A model generated the notes under the pieces. It had not been told where the DNA came from. It ran no database searches and was given only the letters and a program-made list of their open reading frames with translations. Source: an uncultured virus (IMG/VR IMGVR_UViG_3300031646_000001) (taxonomy: Duplodnaviria > Heunggongvirae > Uroviricota > Caudoviricetes). Taken from it: DNA of 20,000 bases. This document shows positions 1-7,903 of the stretch, in pieces. Within the stretch, counting starts at the first letter, position 1. Each line of letters begins with the position of its first letter. The position numbers were made by a program, and so were the translations under genes. Location: IMG/VR virus record IMGVR_UViG_3300031646_000001; one strand, 5' to 3'.

Positions 1-2
1 AT

Positions 3-1376
3 TATGATAACTGTAACTATTCTTACGATTGCTTAGAAGGATTCTGTCCTTCGTTTGCTACAATTAAAGGACGTAAACCAGCAGTAGAACTTGTTAAACC
101 AAAGTTCCCAAAGTTAGTTAATTATTTGCATCCAAAAATTTCAAAGCCGGAACGTTATAATATACTTGTTGCTGGTATCGGCGGCACTGGCGTTATTAGC
201 ACTAGTCAAATGATGTGTGTTGCCTCACATATCGATGGCATAAAAGTTATCTCAACAGATCAGACCGGGTTAGCACAAAAGTACGGAGCAGTAACATCTA
301 CAATTAGTTTAGGAGAGAAAGCATTTGGCAGAATGTTTCCAAAATCCTGTGATGTAGTAATAGGCATAGATCCACAAGTTACAGCAATGGAAGATTCAAT
401 GCGTTTTATTGGGCCGAATACAACAGTTATTCTTAATAAAAGTTTGGCGGCCAATGCTGAGATAATAAGAAATAGAGATTGGAAGTTAGAACTTGATGAT
501 ATTGTTAATGTATTAAAAACACAATGTAAGGAAGTAATTATTATAGATGCTTCTAATTACGCTAAAAAAATAACTGGTAATGCTGTAATGGTTAATATGT
601 TGATGCTTGGTTACGCATATGAAAAATGCTTGTTACCATATAGTGAAAAAGCAATGATAAAAGCAATTGAAGCAAACGGTGTCGCAGTAGATAGTAATAA
701 AAATGCGTGGATGATTGGCAGGCAATCTGCTACAGTCGAAGGCCATGGCGCAATTGAACGTTCTTTGAATCCAGAGGTAAAAGATACTTTTTATAGTGCA
801 ATGTATCATAGGCACGAATTGTTAAAGAAATATCAAGACGAAGAATATGCTAACATTTATTTAGACATAGTTACGAGAGCAAAGTTAAAAGAAGATTTCT
901 TAAATTCAGGCACTCACAGTCATTTTAATACAGAATTTTCCGAAGCAGTAATGCGTAATTTATACAAGTTAATGGCATACAAAGATGAATATGAAGTAGC
1001 CCGTATTTGGAGTGCAACACCTGAAATTAACAAATATAAAACAATTAAATTTCATATGTGCTTGCCTTGGAATCGAAAGTCACAAAAGAAAACAAGAATA
1101 GGCACGTGGGCAAAATATGTATTTGCTGTATTACAACATGGTAAAAAACTTAGAGGTAAAATATATGATCCTCTTGGATTTACATATGAACGAAGGCTGG
1201 AAAGAAAAATAAGAGATTGCTATATTTTGTTGGTTGAAGAGTGGATCAAAAATATTAAGACGGATAACTATAGTAATACAGAAAGACTAGCAAAACTCCC
1301 TGATAACATTAGAGGATATGGACATATTAAGTTAGCAAGTATTTGTAATTGTGAATTATTTAAGGACGTAATATGA
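3..1376 (+). CDS. ior: Indolepyruvate/arylpyruvate:ferredoxin oxidoreductase, fused alpha-beta type; 5'-truncated by the window edge
   Basis: The frame of the 126..1376 ORF is open back to base 3 and reads YDNCNYSYDCLEGFCPSFAT, matching the IOR 4Fe-4S motif CNxDxxCxxGFCPSF. Downstream motifs are GIGGTGV, DQTGLAQKYGAV, NMLMLGYA, KLMAYKDEYEVAR and PDNIRGYGHIK. Confidence 0.92.
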   Translation, partial: YDNCNYSYDCLEGFCPSFATIKGRKPAVELVKPKFPKLVNYLHPKISKPERYNILVAGIGGTGVISTSQMMCVASHIDGIKVISTDQTGLAQKYGAVTSTISLGEKAFGRMFPKSCDVVIGIDPQVTAMEDSMRFIGPNTTVILNKSLAANAEIIRNRDWKLELDDIVNVLKTQCKEVIIIDASNYAKKITGNAVMVNMLMLGYAYEKCLLPYSEKAMIKAIEANGVAVDSNKNAWMIGRQSATVEGHGAIERSLNPEVKDTFYSAMYHRHELLKKYQDEEYANIYLDIVTRAKLKEDFLNSGTHSHFNTEFSEAVMRNLYKLMAYKDEYEVARIWSATPEINKYKTIKFHMCLPWNRKSQKKTRIGTWAKYVFAVLQHGKKLRGKIYDPLGFTYERRLERKIRDCYILLVEEWIKNIKTDNYSNTERLAKLPDNIRGYGHIKLASICNCELFKDVI

Positions 1377-1789
1377 AGTTGCAAGGATTACATCATTTTG
1401 CGTGGAAGTGCCGAAACGCAGATGAAACGATACATTTTTATTCACATATCTTAAAACTTCCACACGTTCATACTATCGAAAAGGATCATGTTCCGAGTAC
1501 AGGAGCATATGCACCTTATAAACATATTTTCTTCCAAATGGAAGATGGCAGTAATATTGCTTTTTTTGATTTAGGTGATAATAAAGGAACCACAACAGAT
1601 TGTGATGATTGGGTAGTGCATTTTGCTTTTAATGTTAGTACAAAAGAAGATGTTGATAATTGGTGTCAATATTTAAAAAATAATAATATAGATGTTATAG
1701 GCCCTACTAATCATGATGATTGGATTTATAGCATTTATTTTTTCGATCCTAATGGATTGAGATTAGAGATTACAACACAGATAAACTAG
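1373..1789 (+). CDS. VOC (glyoxalase/extradiol dioxygenase-fold) family metalloprotein
   Basis: GLHHFAW, HFAF and SIYFFDPNGLRLE supply the His/His/Glu metal ligands. The ATGA start overlaps the ior stop. Confidence 0.9.
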   Translation: MKLQGLHHFAWKCRNADETIHFYSHILKLPHVHTIEKDHVPSTGAYAPYKHIFFQMEDGSNIAFFDLGDNKGTTTDCDDWVVHFAFNVSTKEDVDNWCQYLKNNNIDVIGPTNHDDWIYSIYFFDPNGLRLEITTQIN

Positions 1790-1805
1790 TATATGGAAAT
1801 ATTAA

Positions 1806-2564
1806 ATGACAGGCGGCCGAATAAAAGATTCAAGTAGTGTAAAAATAACACAGTTTTGTGATGGGAGCGCATATTTAATTCATGCGGAAAGAGTTCGAAA
1901 ATCACGCGGAGAAGAATTACCTGAGCAATTGAGAACAGATCCGTTAATGTACCAAGGCGTTAGCGATAAATTTTTAGAATATAACGAACCAATATATCCT
2001 TATAAAGAGGCATATGGTTTAGATTTTGAAGCAGAAGTTGGTGTAATTTTAGATGATACCCCAATGGGGGTATCTGTATCCGAAGCAACAGAATATATTA
2101 AATATGTTACAATTATTAATGACATTAGTTTGCGTAAATTAATACCTGCAGAATTAGCAAAAGGTTTTGGATTTTTACAAGGAAAACCTCATAGTTCCCT
2201 TGGATTAAAATGTATTCCTTTGCGTTTTTTAAATGGCACTTGGAAAGAACATGATGCTGTATTAGATGCAGACTTGGTTATTAATTATAATGGTGAGGAA
2301 TTTGGTAGAATTAATACTGCAAATATGGATTTTAATTTTGCACAACTAATTTCACATGCGGCAAAAACTCGTCCATTGTCTTCAGGAACATTGATAGGAA
2401 GCGGCACTGTAAGCTCTCATGATCTTTCTGACGGTTATGGTTGTTTATTAGAACGCAATGTAGTTGAAAGCATTAATGAATTTATGAATCCCGGCGATAC
2501 AATTAAAATGTATATAGTTGGATATGAAGATACATTAATTATAGATCAACAAGTTGCTTTCTAG
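1806..2564 (+). CDS. Fumarylacetoacetate hydrolase family protein lacking the usual N-terminal domain
   Basis: Motifs DGSAY, DPLMYQGxSD, LDFEAEV, NDISLR, ELAKGFGFLQGKP and GTLIGSGTVS. Confidence 0.9.
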   Translation: MTGGRIKDSSSVKITQFCDGSAYLIHAERVRKSRGEELPEQLRTDPLMYQGVSDKFLEYNEPIYPYKEAYGLDFEAEVGVILDDTPMGVSVSEATEYIKYVTIINDISLRKLIPAELAKGFGFLQGKPHSSLGLKCIPLRFLNGTWKEHDAVLDADLVINYNGEEFGRINTANMDFNFAQLISHAAKTRPLSSGTLIGSGTVSSHDLSDGYGCLLERNVVESINEFMNPGDTIKMYIVGYEDTLIIDQQVAF

Positions 2565-2565
2565 G

Positions 2566-2571
2566 TAAATA
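2566..2571 (+). promoter_or_regulatory. T4-type late promoter core (TAAATA) for the neck gene
   Basis: GGTAAATACT lies right after the FAH stop and upstream of the AGAGGG RBS. The same core recurs before other structural genes. Confidence 0.65.
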
Positions 2572-2592
2572 CTACTGTATAGAGGGACACAG

Positions 2593-3345
2593 ATGCCACG
2601 AAAACCTACTTTAGCACGAAATGAAGTTATTCAGCGTTTAACAACACGTCTCGGCGGCGGCATGGTTGATGTGGAATTAGATCCAGATCATTATAATGTT
2701 GCTATCGATAGAGCAATTGATCGCTATAGACAGCGATCATCTAATGCTACCGAAGAAAGCGGAATGTTTTTAACGTTGCAACCAGACATAACAGAGTATA
2801 TTCTACCAAATGAAGTATTAGAAGTACGTAAGTTATATAGACGTGCTATAGGCAGTGATTCTGGCACAGGCGCTGGAATAGATCCATTTGATATGGCATT
2901 TACAAATCTTTATATTTTGCAAGCAGGCCGCGTTGGCGGCGTCGCTTTATATGATGCATTTACTCAATACCAAGAAGTTGTAGGTAGAATTTTTGGTAGC
3001 GAAACAAATTTTATGTGGCATCCTAATACACACAAGTTAGAAATTATTCGAAGAGTAAAGAATGAAGAAAGCATTCTTTTACATGTTCATAACGAAAAAC
3101 CAGAGAATGAAGTATTAAGAGATCGTAGAAGTAGATTATGGTTAGAGGATTATGCTTTGGCAAATTGTAAAATTATGTTAGGAGAAGCAAGAGGAAAATA
3201 TCAATCCTTACCTGGTGCAGCCGGCGGCGTAGCCTTAAATGGCGAGACTTTAAAACAAGAAGGCCAAGCCGAGTTAGATCGGCTCGAAATGGAAATTACT
3301 CGTTACGGAGACGGCGGCGAACCACCTACTTTTATAATCGGTTAA
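2593..3345 (+). CDS. Neck/head completion protein (T4 gp13-like)
   Basis: RLGGGMVDVEL N-terminus; W..DYALA.CK..LGEARGKY..LPG..GGV.LNG; C-terminal PPxFIIG. It lies in a structural gene context. Confidence 0.8.
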   Translation: MPRKPTLARNEVIQRLTTRLGGGMVDVELDPDHYNVAIDRAIDRYRQRSSNATEESGMFLTLQPDITEYILPNEVLEVRKLYRRAIGSDSGTGAGIDPFDMAFTNLYILQAGRVGGVALYDAFTQYQEVVGRIFGSETNFMWHPNTHKLEIIRRVKNEESILLHVHNEKPENEVLRDRRSRLWLEDYALANCKIMLGEARGKYQSLPGAAGGVALNGETLKQEGQAELDRLEMEITRYGDGGEPPTFIIG

Positions 3346-3354
3346 GGAGTTCAA

Positions 3355-3624
3355 ATGTTACCAACCGATTCCCGGGCCGAATGGCCCTATATAAATAAAC
3401 CTCCCCAATATGGCACTATGGATGATCTGTCCACTGCTGATTTACTACAACTTGAAAAATTAATTTTAAATACATTAAAAGGAAATACAAATAGAGGACC
3501 AACGTATGGTGAGTTTTCTATTGTAGGACTTAATGGTTGGTTAAACGAGTGTCGTAGTATTTTACAAAAACGTAAGTATAAAAGTTCTTATAAAATATTA
3601 AAAAATATGGTGTTAACTGCTTGA
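3355..3624 (+). CDS. Hypothetical protein
   Basis: 89 aa ORF with an AAGGAG RBS that fills the gap between two genes. No motif recognised. Confidence 0.6.
   Translation: MLPTDSRAEWPYINKPPQYGTMDDLSTADLLQLEKLILNTLKGNTNRGPTYGEFSIVGLNGWLNECRSILQKRKYKSSYKILKNMVLTA
3390..3397 (+). promoter_or_regulatory. Possible intragenic late promoter TATAAATA
   Basis: Perfect T4 late consensus, but it lies inside a CDS. Confidence 0.35.
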
Positions 3625-3649
3625 CATAGACTAAGAATAATGTTATTAT
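3621..3649 (+). promoter_or_regulatory. Sigma70-type promoter for the dNMP kinase gene
   Basis: TTGACA (3621-3626), 17 bp spacer, TATTAT (3644-3649), with an extended -10 TG at 3641-3642. Confidence 0.75.
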
Positions 3650-3655
3650 AATATT

Positions 3656-4345
3656 ATGATTATTGGGTTATCTGGATTAGCAGGTAGTGGTAAAGATACA
3701 GTAGCATCTTTTATTGCTGAAAAGCACGAATTTGATAGAGTAAGTTTTGCCGGCGCCTTAAAAGATGCTACGGCCGCAGTTTTTTCCTGGCCGCGAGAAT
3801 TACTTGAAGGCGACACAAATGAAAGTAGAGATTGGCGAGAACAAGTAGACACTTATTGGAGTGCAAAGTTTGGTTATGCTGTTACTCCTCGGACAATTCT
3901 TCAACAGTTTGGTACAAATGTATGCAGAGAACATTTAAATGATAATATCTGGATTTATTGTGTAGAGAAAAAATTACAAGAAAATAACAAAAATAAATTA
4001 AATACAGTAATTACAGATGTGCGGTTTCCAAATGAAATAAAAATGATTAAACAGGCCGGCGGAAAGTGTTTTCATGTTAAACGTGGCCCAGAGCCTAAAT
4101 GGTGGCACTTGGCAAAGGCAGCAAATGGGTTAGAAGAAAATTTTAAAAATGATGTCATGTTCGAAGGAGATAGTGCTGTAATTTCTAATAAATTAGAGAT
4201 TGAATATAATCTCCATATTAGTGAGTGGGCCTGGGTCGGGTCTTCGTTTGATAGTGTAATAAATAATAATAGTACATTAGAGGCGTTAGATGAAAAAGTA
4301 ACCAATCTATTAGCCGTTTATGATTTCTTTGGCAAGGATATATAG
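3656..4345 (+). CDS. Deoxynucleoside monophosphate kinase (T4 gp1-like)
   Basis: N-terminal IIGLSGLAGSGKDT P-loop, SFAGALKD, TPRxILQxFGT, ITDVRFPNE and HISE. Confidence 0.92.
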   Translation: MIIGLSGLAGSGKDTVASFIAEKHEFDRVSFAGALKDATAAVFSWPRELLEGDTNESRDWREQVDTYWSAKFGYAVTPRTILQQFGTNVCREHLNDNIWIYCVEKKLQENNKNKLNTVITDVRFPNEIKMIKQAGGKCFHVKRGPEPKWWHLAKAANGLEENFKNDVMFEGDSAVISNKLEIEYNLHISEWAWVGSSFDSVINNNSTLEALDEKVTNLLAVYDFFGKDI

Positions 4346-4383
4346 TCAGCCAGTAATTAACGTAATATAGAATGATGAAAGGC

Positions 4384-4405
4384 AACCGGCTATATAGTCG
4401 GTTTT
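4384..4405 (+). terminator. Possible weak intrinsic terminator after the dNMP kinase gene
   Basis: Hairpin AACCGGCT-ATAT-AGTCGGTT (one G-U pair) followed by only a short T run. Confidence 0.4.
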
Positions 4406-4419
4406 ATAATGATTTCCAA

Positions 4420-4425
4420 TAAATA
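4420..4425 (+). promoter_or_regulatory. Late promoter core for the tail sheath gene
   Basis: AATAAATACT in the intergenic region upstream of the AAGGGG RBS. Confidence 0.7.
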
Positions 4426-4473
4426 CTGTTAACAACTTATATAAGTTATTATTAAGTTTAAGGGGAAAGATAA

Positions 4474-7173
4474 ATGCCAACATTAGTATCACCGGGCGTA
4501 TCGGTTAGCGTAATCGATGAGTCCTTTTACGGATCCGCTGGTTCCGGTACTATACCTTTAATTGTATTCGCAACGGCTGCCACTAAGGCACACCCAAGCG
4601 GCACAGGTACAGCAACTGGTACAACAGCGATCACAGATGAAGTAAAACTTATTACTTCACAACGAGAACTAATTCAAACATATGGCGATCCTTCCTTCAG
4701 GTCGGTTAGCGGAACACAAATTCATGCTGATAATCAGAATGAATATGGTCTATTAGCGGCACATAGTTACCTAGGAATTGCAAACAGAGCATATATGCTT
4801 CGTGCAAATCTTGATTTAGGTCAACTAGGTGCGGCTTCGACTGCTCCAGCCGGCGCACCTGTTAATGGTACACACTGGTTAGATTTAACAACATCTACGA
4901 TGGGCGTTTTTTCTTACAATGCGGGAACAGCAACTTGGGTTGCACAAACTGCATCTAAGTTAAACGCATCCACTGAGGTTGATGCTGGTACCGGTGCACC
5001 GTTAAATAGTATCGGCCTGGACGGAGCGTTCGCATGGGTTGCAACTGTAGGTGGCAATGCTCATAATAGAATCTGGAACAAAGTAAGTGGTGTTTGGTAT
5101 CACTTAGGTACAGATACTTGGAGAGCAGCCGCATCAAAAGACTTTCAGTTTGCCGCACATACTGCCATACCAACTGTAAAATCAACAGAAGGTGGCGGCG
5201 GTGCATTAGCAACCGGCGATGTATGGATTAAAACAACAGAATTCAATAACGGTACAAAAATGGTAGTGAAATCATATGATACATCTACCAAGAAATGGAC
5301 CACAATTACTTGCCCAGTATTAGCAGATACAACCGCGGCTTGGACAAATTTTACAACTCCAGTTGCAGGTAACTTGTTTGCTAAGTACAATCACGAGCAA
5401 GGAGCACACACTTTAAAAGTTGCATCACATTCAATTTTACGATTTAATGGTAGTGCAACACTAGCAGTTACAGGTAGTGCCAATCCAGCACCAACTGCAA
5501 CGCACACAATGGTAATTAATGGTACAACCGTTACGTACTCATCGAGTGCAGATTCAGCAGTTATTAGGACGGCAGCACTTGTTAATTCGGCGGCGATCAC
5601 AAATATTACCGCTAGTGTAGCAAGTAACAAACTAGTTATTACAAATACAGCAGGTAAGGACATTGTTCTTGCCGCGGGTTCAGGGACTTTGATTACTGAT
5701 TTAGGTCTAACCGCAGGAACAAGTTCAAACTGGGTTGCACTCAGTTATGAGCCAAATTTAAATACTCCAGTTGGTGCCACACCTAATGGTACATTATGGT
5801 ATGATAGCAGAATTACTACAGTAGATTTGCTTGAAACATATGATAATGCAGGTGTGACAACATGGAGAACATTTAGTGGTACATTAACACCATCGGCATC
5901 AAAACCAACAACACCTTCTGCAGGTGATATATGGATTGATACAACTGACACTGAAAATTATCCACTAATGTACAAATATAATGGTACAACATCTGTTTGG
6001 GATGTTATTGATAAGACAGACCAGACAACTAGCGAAGGTATTATATTTGGCGATTTCCGAGAAACTGCGTCTAGTTCATTGGAATCAGACGCACCAGTGC
6101 CAGCAACATATCCAGTTGGTATGTTGGGTTGGAACTTTATGGCTTCTGGCTATAATGTTAAGAAGTATAACTCAACTACTGCTAAATGGGTTAATGAATC
6201 CGGCACCAAAACAGCAGGTGATCCATATATGGGTCGTCATGCTACTAAGAAGGTTATTGTTAGAGCACTAGCGGCCGCACTTAACTCGAACCAGGATATT
6301 AGAGCAGAAACTAGATTCTTTAATCTAATTGCTTGCCCAGGTTTCCCAGAGTTAATTGACGAAATGAAAACCTTGCACATTGATCGTAAGGAACAAACAT
6401 TCGTTATTTGCGATGTTCCGTTTAGGCTTGCATCCTCTGGTACAGCAGTACAAAATTGGGCAACCAATGCGGCTAACGCGGCAGAGAATGGCGAAGACGC
6501 CCTACTAAGTTCAGGTCATGAACTAGGCGTATGGTATCCAGGCGGTTGCTTAGTATCAAATACTGATGGTACAAACGTTGTACAACCAGCATCTCATATT
6601 ATGTTGAGACAGATGGCATACAACGATCAAGTAGCGTATCAGTGGTTTGCTCCAGCAGGTTATCAACGAGGCCTTGTGCAGAATGCAACAAGTGTTGGTT
6701 ATATTAGTGCTGAACAAGAATATGTACCAGTAACACTAAACCAAGGTCAGCGTGATGTACTTTATACAAATAAGGTTAATCCAATTGCATTTATGCCTAA
6801 TAGAGGTTTAACTGTATTTGGTCAAAAGACACTTTATCCGTTAACAAGTGCATTAGATCGTATTAATGTATCTCGTTTGGTTGCTTTTTTGCGTAAGCAG
6901 TATGATGATATGGCACAGCCATTCTTATTCGAGCCAAATGATACTTACACTAGAGATCAAGTACTAGAAGTATTCAATGGTTTTATGGCAGATCTTATTA
7001 CAAAAAGAGCAGTATATGACTTCTTAGTTGTTTGTGATGATAGTAACAACACACCAACAAGGATTGATCGTAACGAGCTTTGGATTGATGTAGCGATTCA
7101 GCCAGTTAAAGCAATTGAGTTTATTTACATTCCTGTAAGAATTAAGAATACAGGAGAGTCATTAACTACATAA
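4474..7173 (+). CDS. Contractile tail sheath protein (T4 gp18-like), 899 aa
   Basis: LVSPGVSVSVIDES N-terminus; WFAPAGxxRG, LYxNKVNPI, FGQKT, DRINVSRL, FLFEPND, VVCDDSNNT and IQPVKAIEFIY. Confidence 0.96.
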   Translation: MPTLVSPGVSVSVIDESFYGSAGSGTIPLIVFATAATKAHPSGTGTATGTTAITDEVKLITSQRELIQTYGDPSFRSVSGTQIHADNQNEYGLLAAHSYLGIANRAYMLRANLDLGQLGAASTAPAGAPVNGTHWLDLTTSTMGVFSYNAGTATWVAQTASKLNASTEVDAGTGAPLNSIGLDGAFAWVATVGGNAHNRIWNKVSGVWYHLGTDTWRAAASKDFQFAAHTAIPTVKSTEGGGGALATGDVWIKTTEFNNGTKMVVKSYDTSTKKWTTITCPVLADTTAAWTNFTTPVAGNLFAKYNHEQGAHTLKVASHSILRFNGSATLAVTGSANPAPTATHTMVINGTTVTYSSSADSAVIRTAALVNSAAITNITASVASNKLVITNTAGKDIVLAAGSGTLITDLGLTAGTSSNWVALSYEPNLNTPVGATPNGTLWYDSRITTVDLLETYDNAGVTTWRTFSGTLTPSASKPTTPSAGDIWIDTTDTENYPLMYKYNGTTSVWDVIDKTDQTTSEGIIFGDFRETASSSLESDAPVPATYPVGMLGWNFMASGYNVKKYNSTTAKWVNESGTKTAGDPYMGRHATKKVIVRALAAALNSNQDIRAETRFFNLIACPGFPELIDEMKTLHIDRKEQTFVICDVPFRLASSGTAVQNWATNAANAAENGEDALLSSGHELGVWYPGGCLVSNTDGTNVVQPASHIMLRQMAYNDQVAYQWFAPAGYQRGLVQNATSVGYISAEQEYVPVTLNQGQRDVLYTNKVNPIAFMPNRGLTVFGQKTLYPLTSALDRINVSRLVAFLRKQYDDMAQPFLFEPNDTYTRDQVLEVFNGFMADLITKRAVYDFLVVCDDSNNTPTRIDRNELWIDVAIQPVKAIEFIYIPVRIKNTGESLTT

Positions 7174-7193
7174 CGTAGTTATTAACACCCATT

Positions 7194-7223
7194 AGAAAGG
7201 GGCCTTGTGCCCCTTTCTTTTTT
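7194..7223 (+). terminator. Rho-independent terminator after the sheath gene
   Basis: Perfect 10 bp stem AGAAAGGGGC-CTTGT-GCCCCTTTCT followed by TTTTT. Confidence 0.85.
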
Positions 7224-7236
7224 GGCGGTAAATTGA

Positions 7237-7242
7237 TAAATA
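7237..7242 (+). promoter_or_regulatory. Late promoter core for the tail tube gene
   Basis: GATAAATAAC just downstream of the terminator and upstream of the GAGGAG RBS. Confidence 0.7.
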
Positions 7243-7285
7243 ACTACAGTAGACACTTATTCTAAAAGTGAGGAGATAAAATAAG

Positions 7286-7876
7286 ATGGTAACTCTTAAT
7301 AAATTCGGTATTAATGTCGACGACAGCCAACGAGGTATTTTACAGCCAAAACTTAAATATAAGTTTCGCGTAGTATTCTTTAATTATGGCGGCGCCGGCG
7401 GTGGTCGAGAGTATACACAAAATGTTGTATCTGTTGATCGCCCAAAACTTTCATACGCTGAAGTTCCAATTCATTCGTATAACTCAATTGCATATGCAAT
7501 GGGTAAGCACGAATGGGCAACAATGACTTGTGCAATTCGAGATGACGTTAGCAATGATGTTGTCGGCCTAACTGGTCGTCAAGTTCAGCGCCAAGTTGAT
7601 CATCACAACCAAACATCGGCACTTAGTGGTGCAGATTTTAAATTTGGTATGAGAATTGACATTATGACAGGTGCGGCAAATTCTATTCTTGAGCAGTGGA
7701 CCTTAGAAGGTTGCTTCTTGCAGAATGTTGATTATGACGGCGGCGATTACTCCGCAAGTGAACCATTGATTGTAACATTAACTGTGCGCTTTGATAATGC
7801 AACGCATTTTGGAGCAAATGGGTCCGATCAATTGACACCAGCAGGACTAACCCAACAGAATACGGGCACGGCATAA
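7286..7876 (+). CDS. Tail tube protein (T4 gp19-like)
   Basis: Follows the sheath gene. Motifs PKLKYKFRV, RPKLSY, GKHEW, WTLEGCF and DY..SE....LTVRFDNA. Confidence 0.88.
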   Translation: MVTLNKFGINVDDSQRGILQPKLKYKFRVVFFNYGGAGGGREYTQNVVSVDRPKLSYAEVPIHSYNSIAYAMGKHEWATMTCAIRDDVSNDVVGLTGRQVQRQVDHHNQTSALSGADFKFGMRIDIMTGAANSILEQWTLEGCFLQNVDYDGGDYSASEPLIVTLTVRFDNATHFGANGSDQLTPAGLTQQNTGTA

Positions 7877-7903
7877 TATTAATATTCGGAGGCATACAAC
7901 CTA

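Noticed and set aside
126..128. TTG at 126 as the start of the first gene
   Set aside because: The frame is open upstream and encodes the conserved ferredoxin motif, so the real start is outside the window.
7875..7886. AATATTAATATT palindrome between the tube gene and its paralog
   Set aside because: It is purely A/T and expected by chance in AT-rich DNA, with no supporting context.
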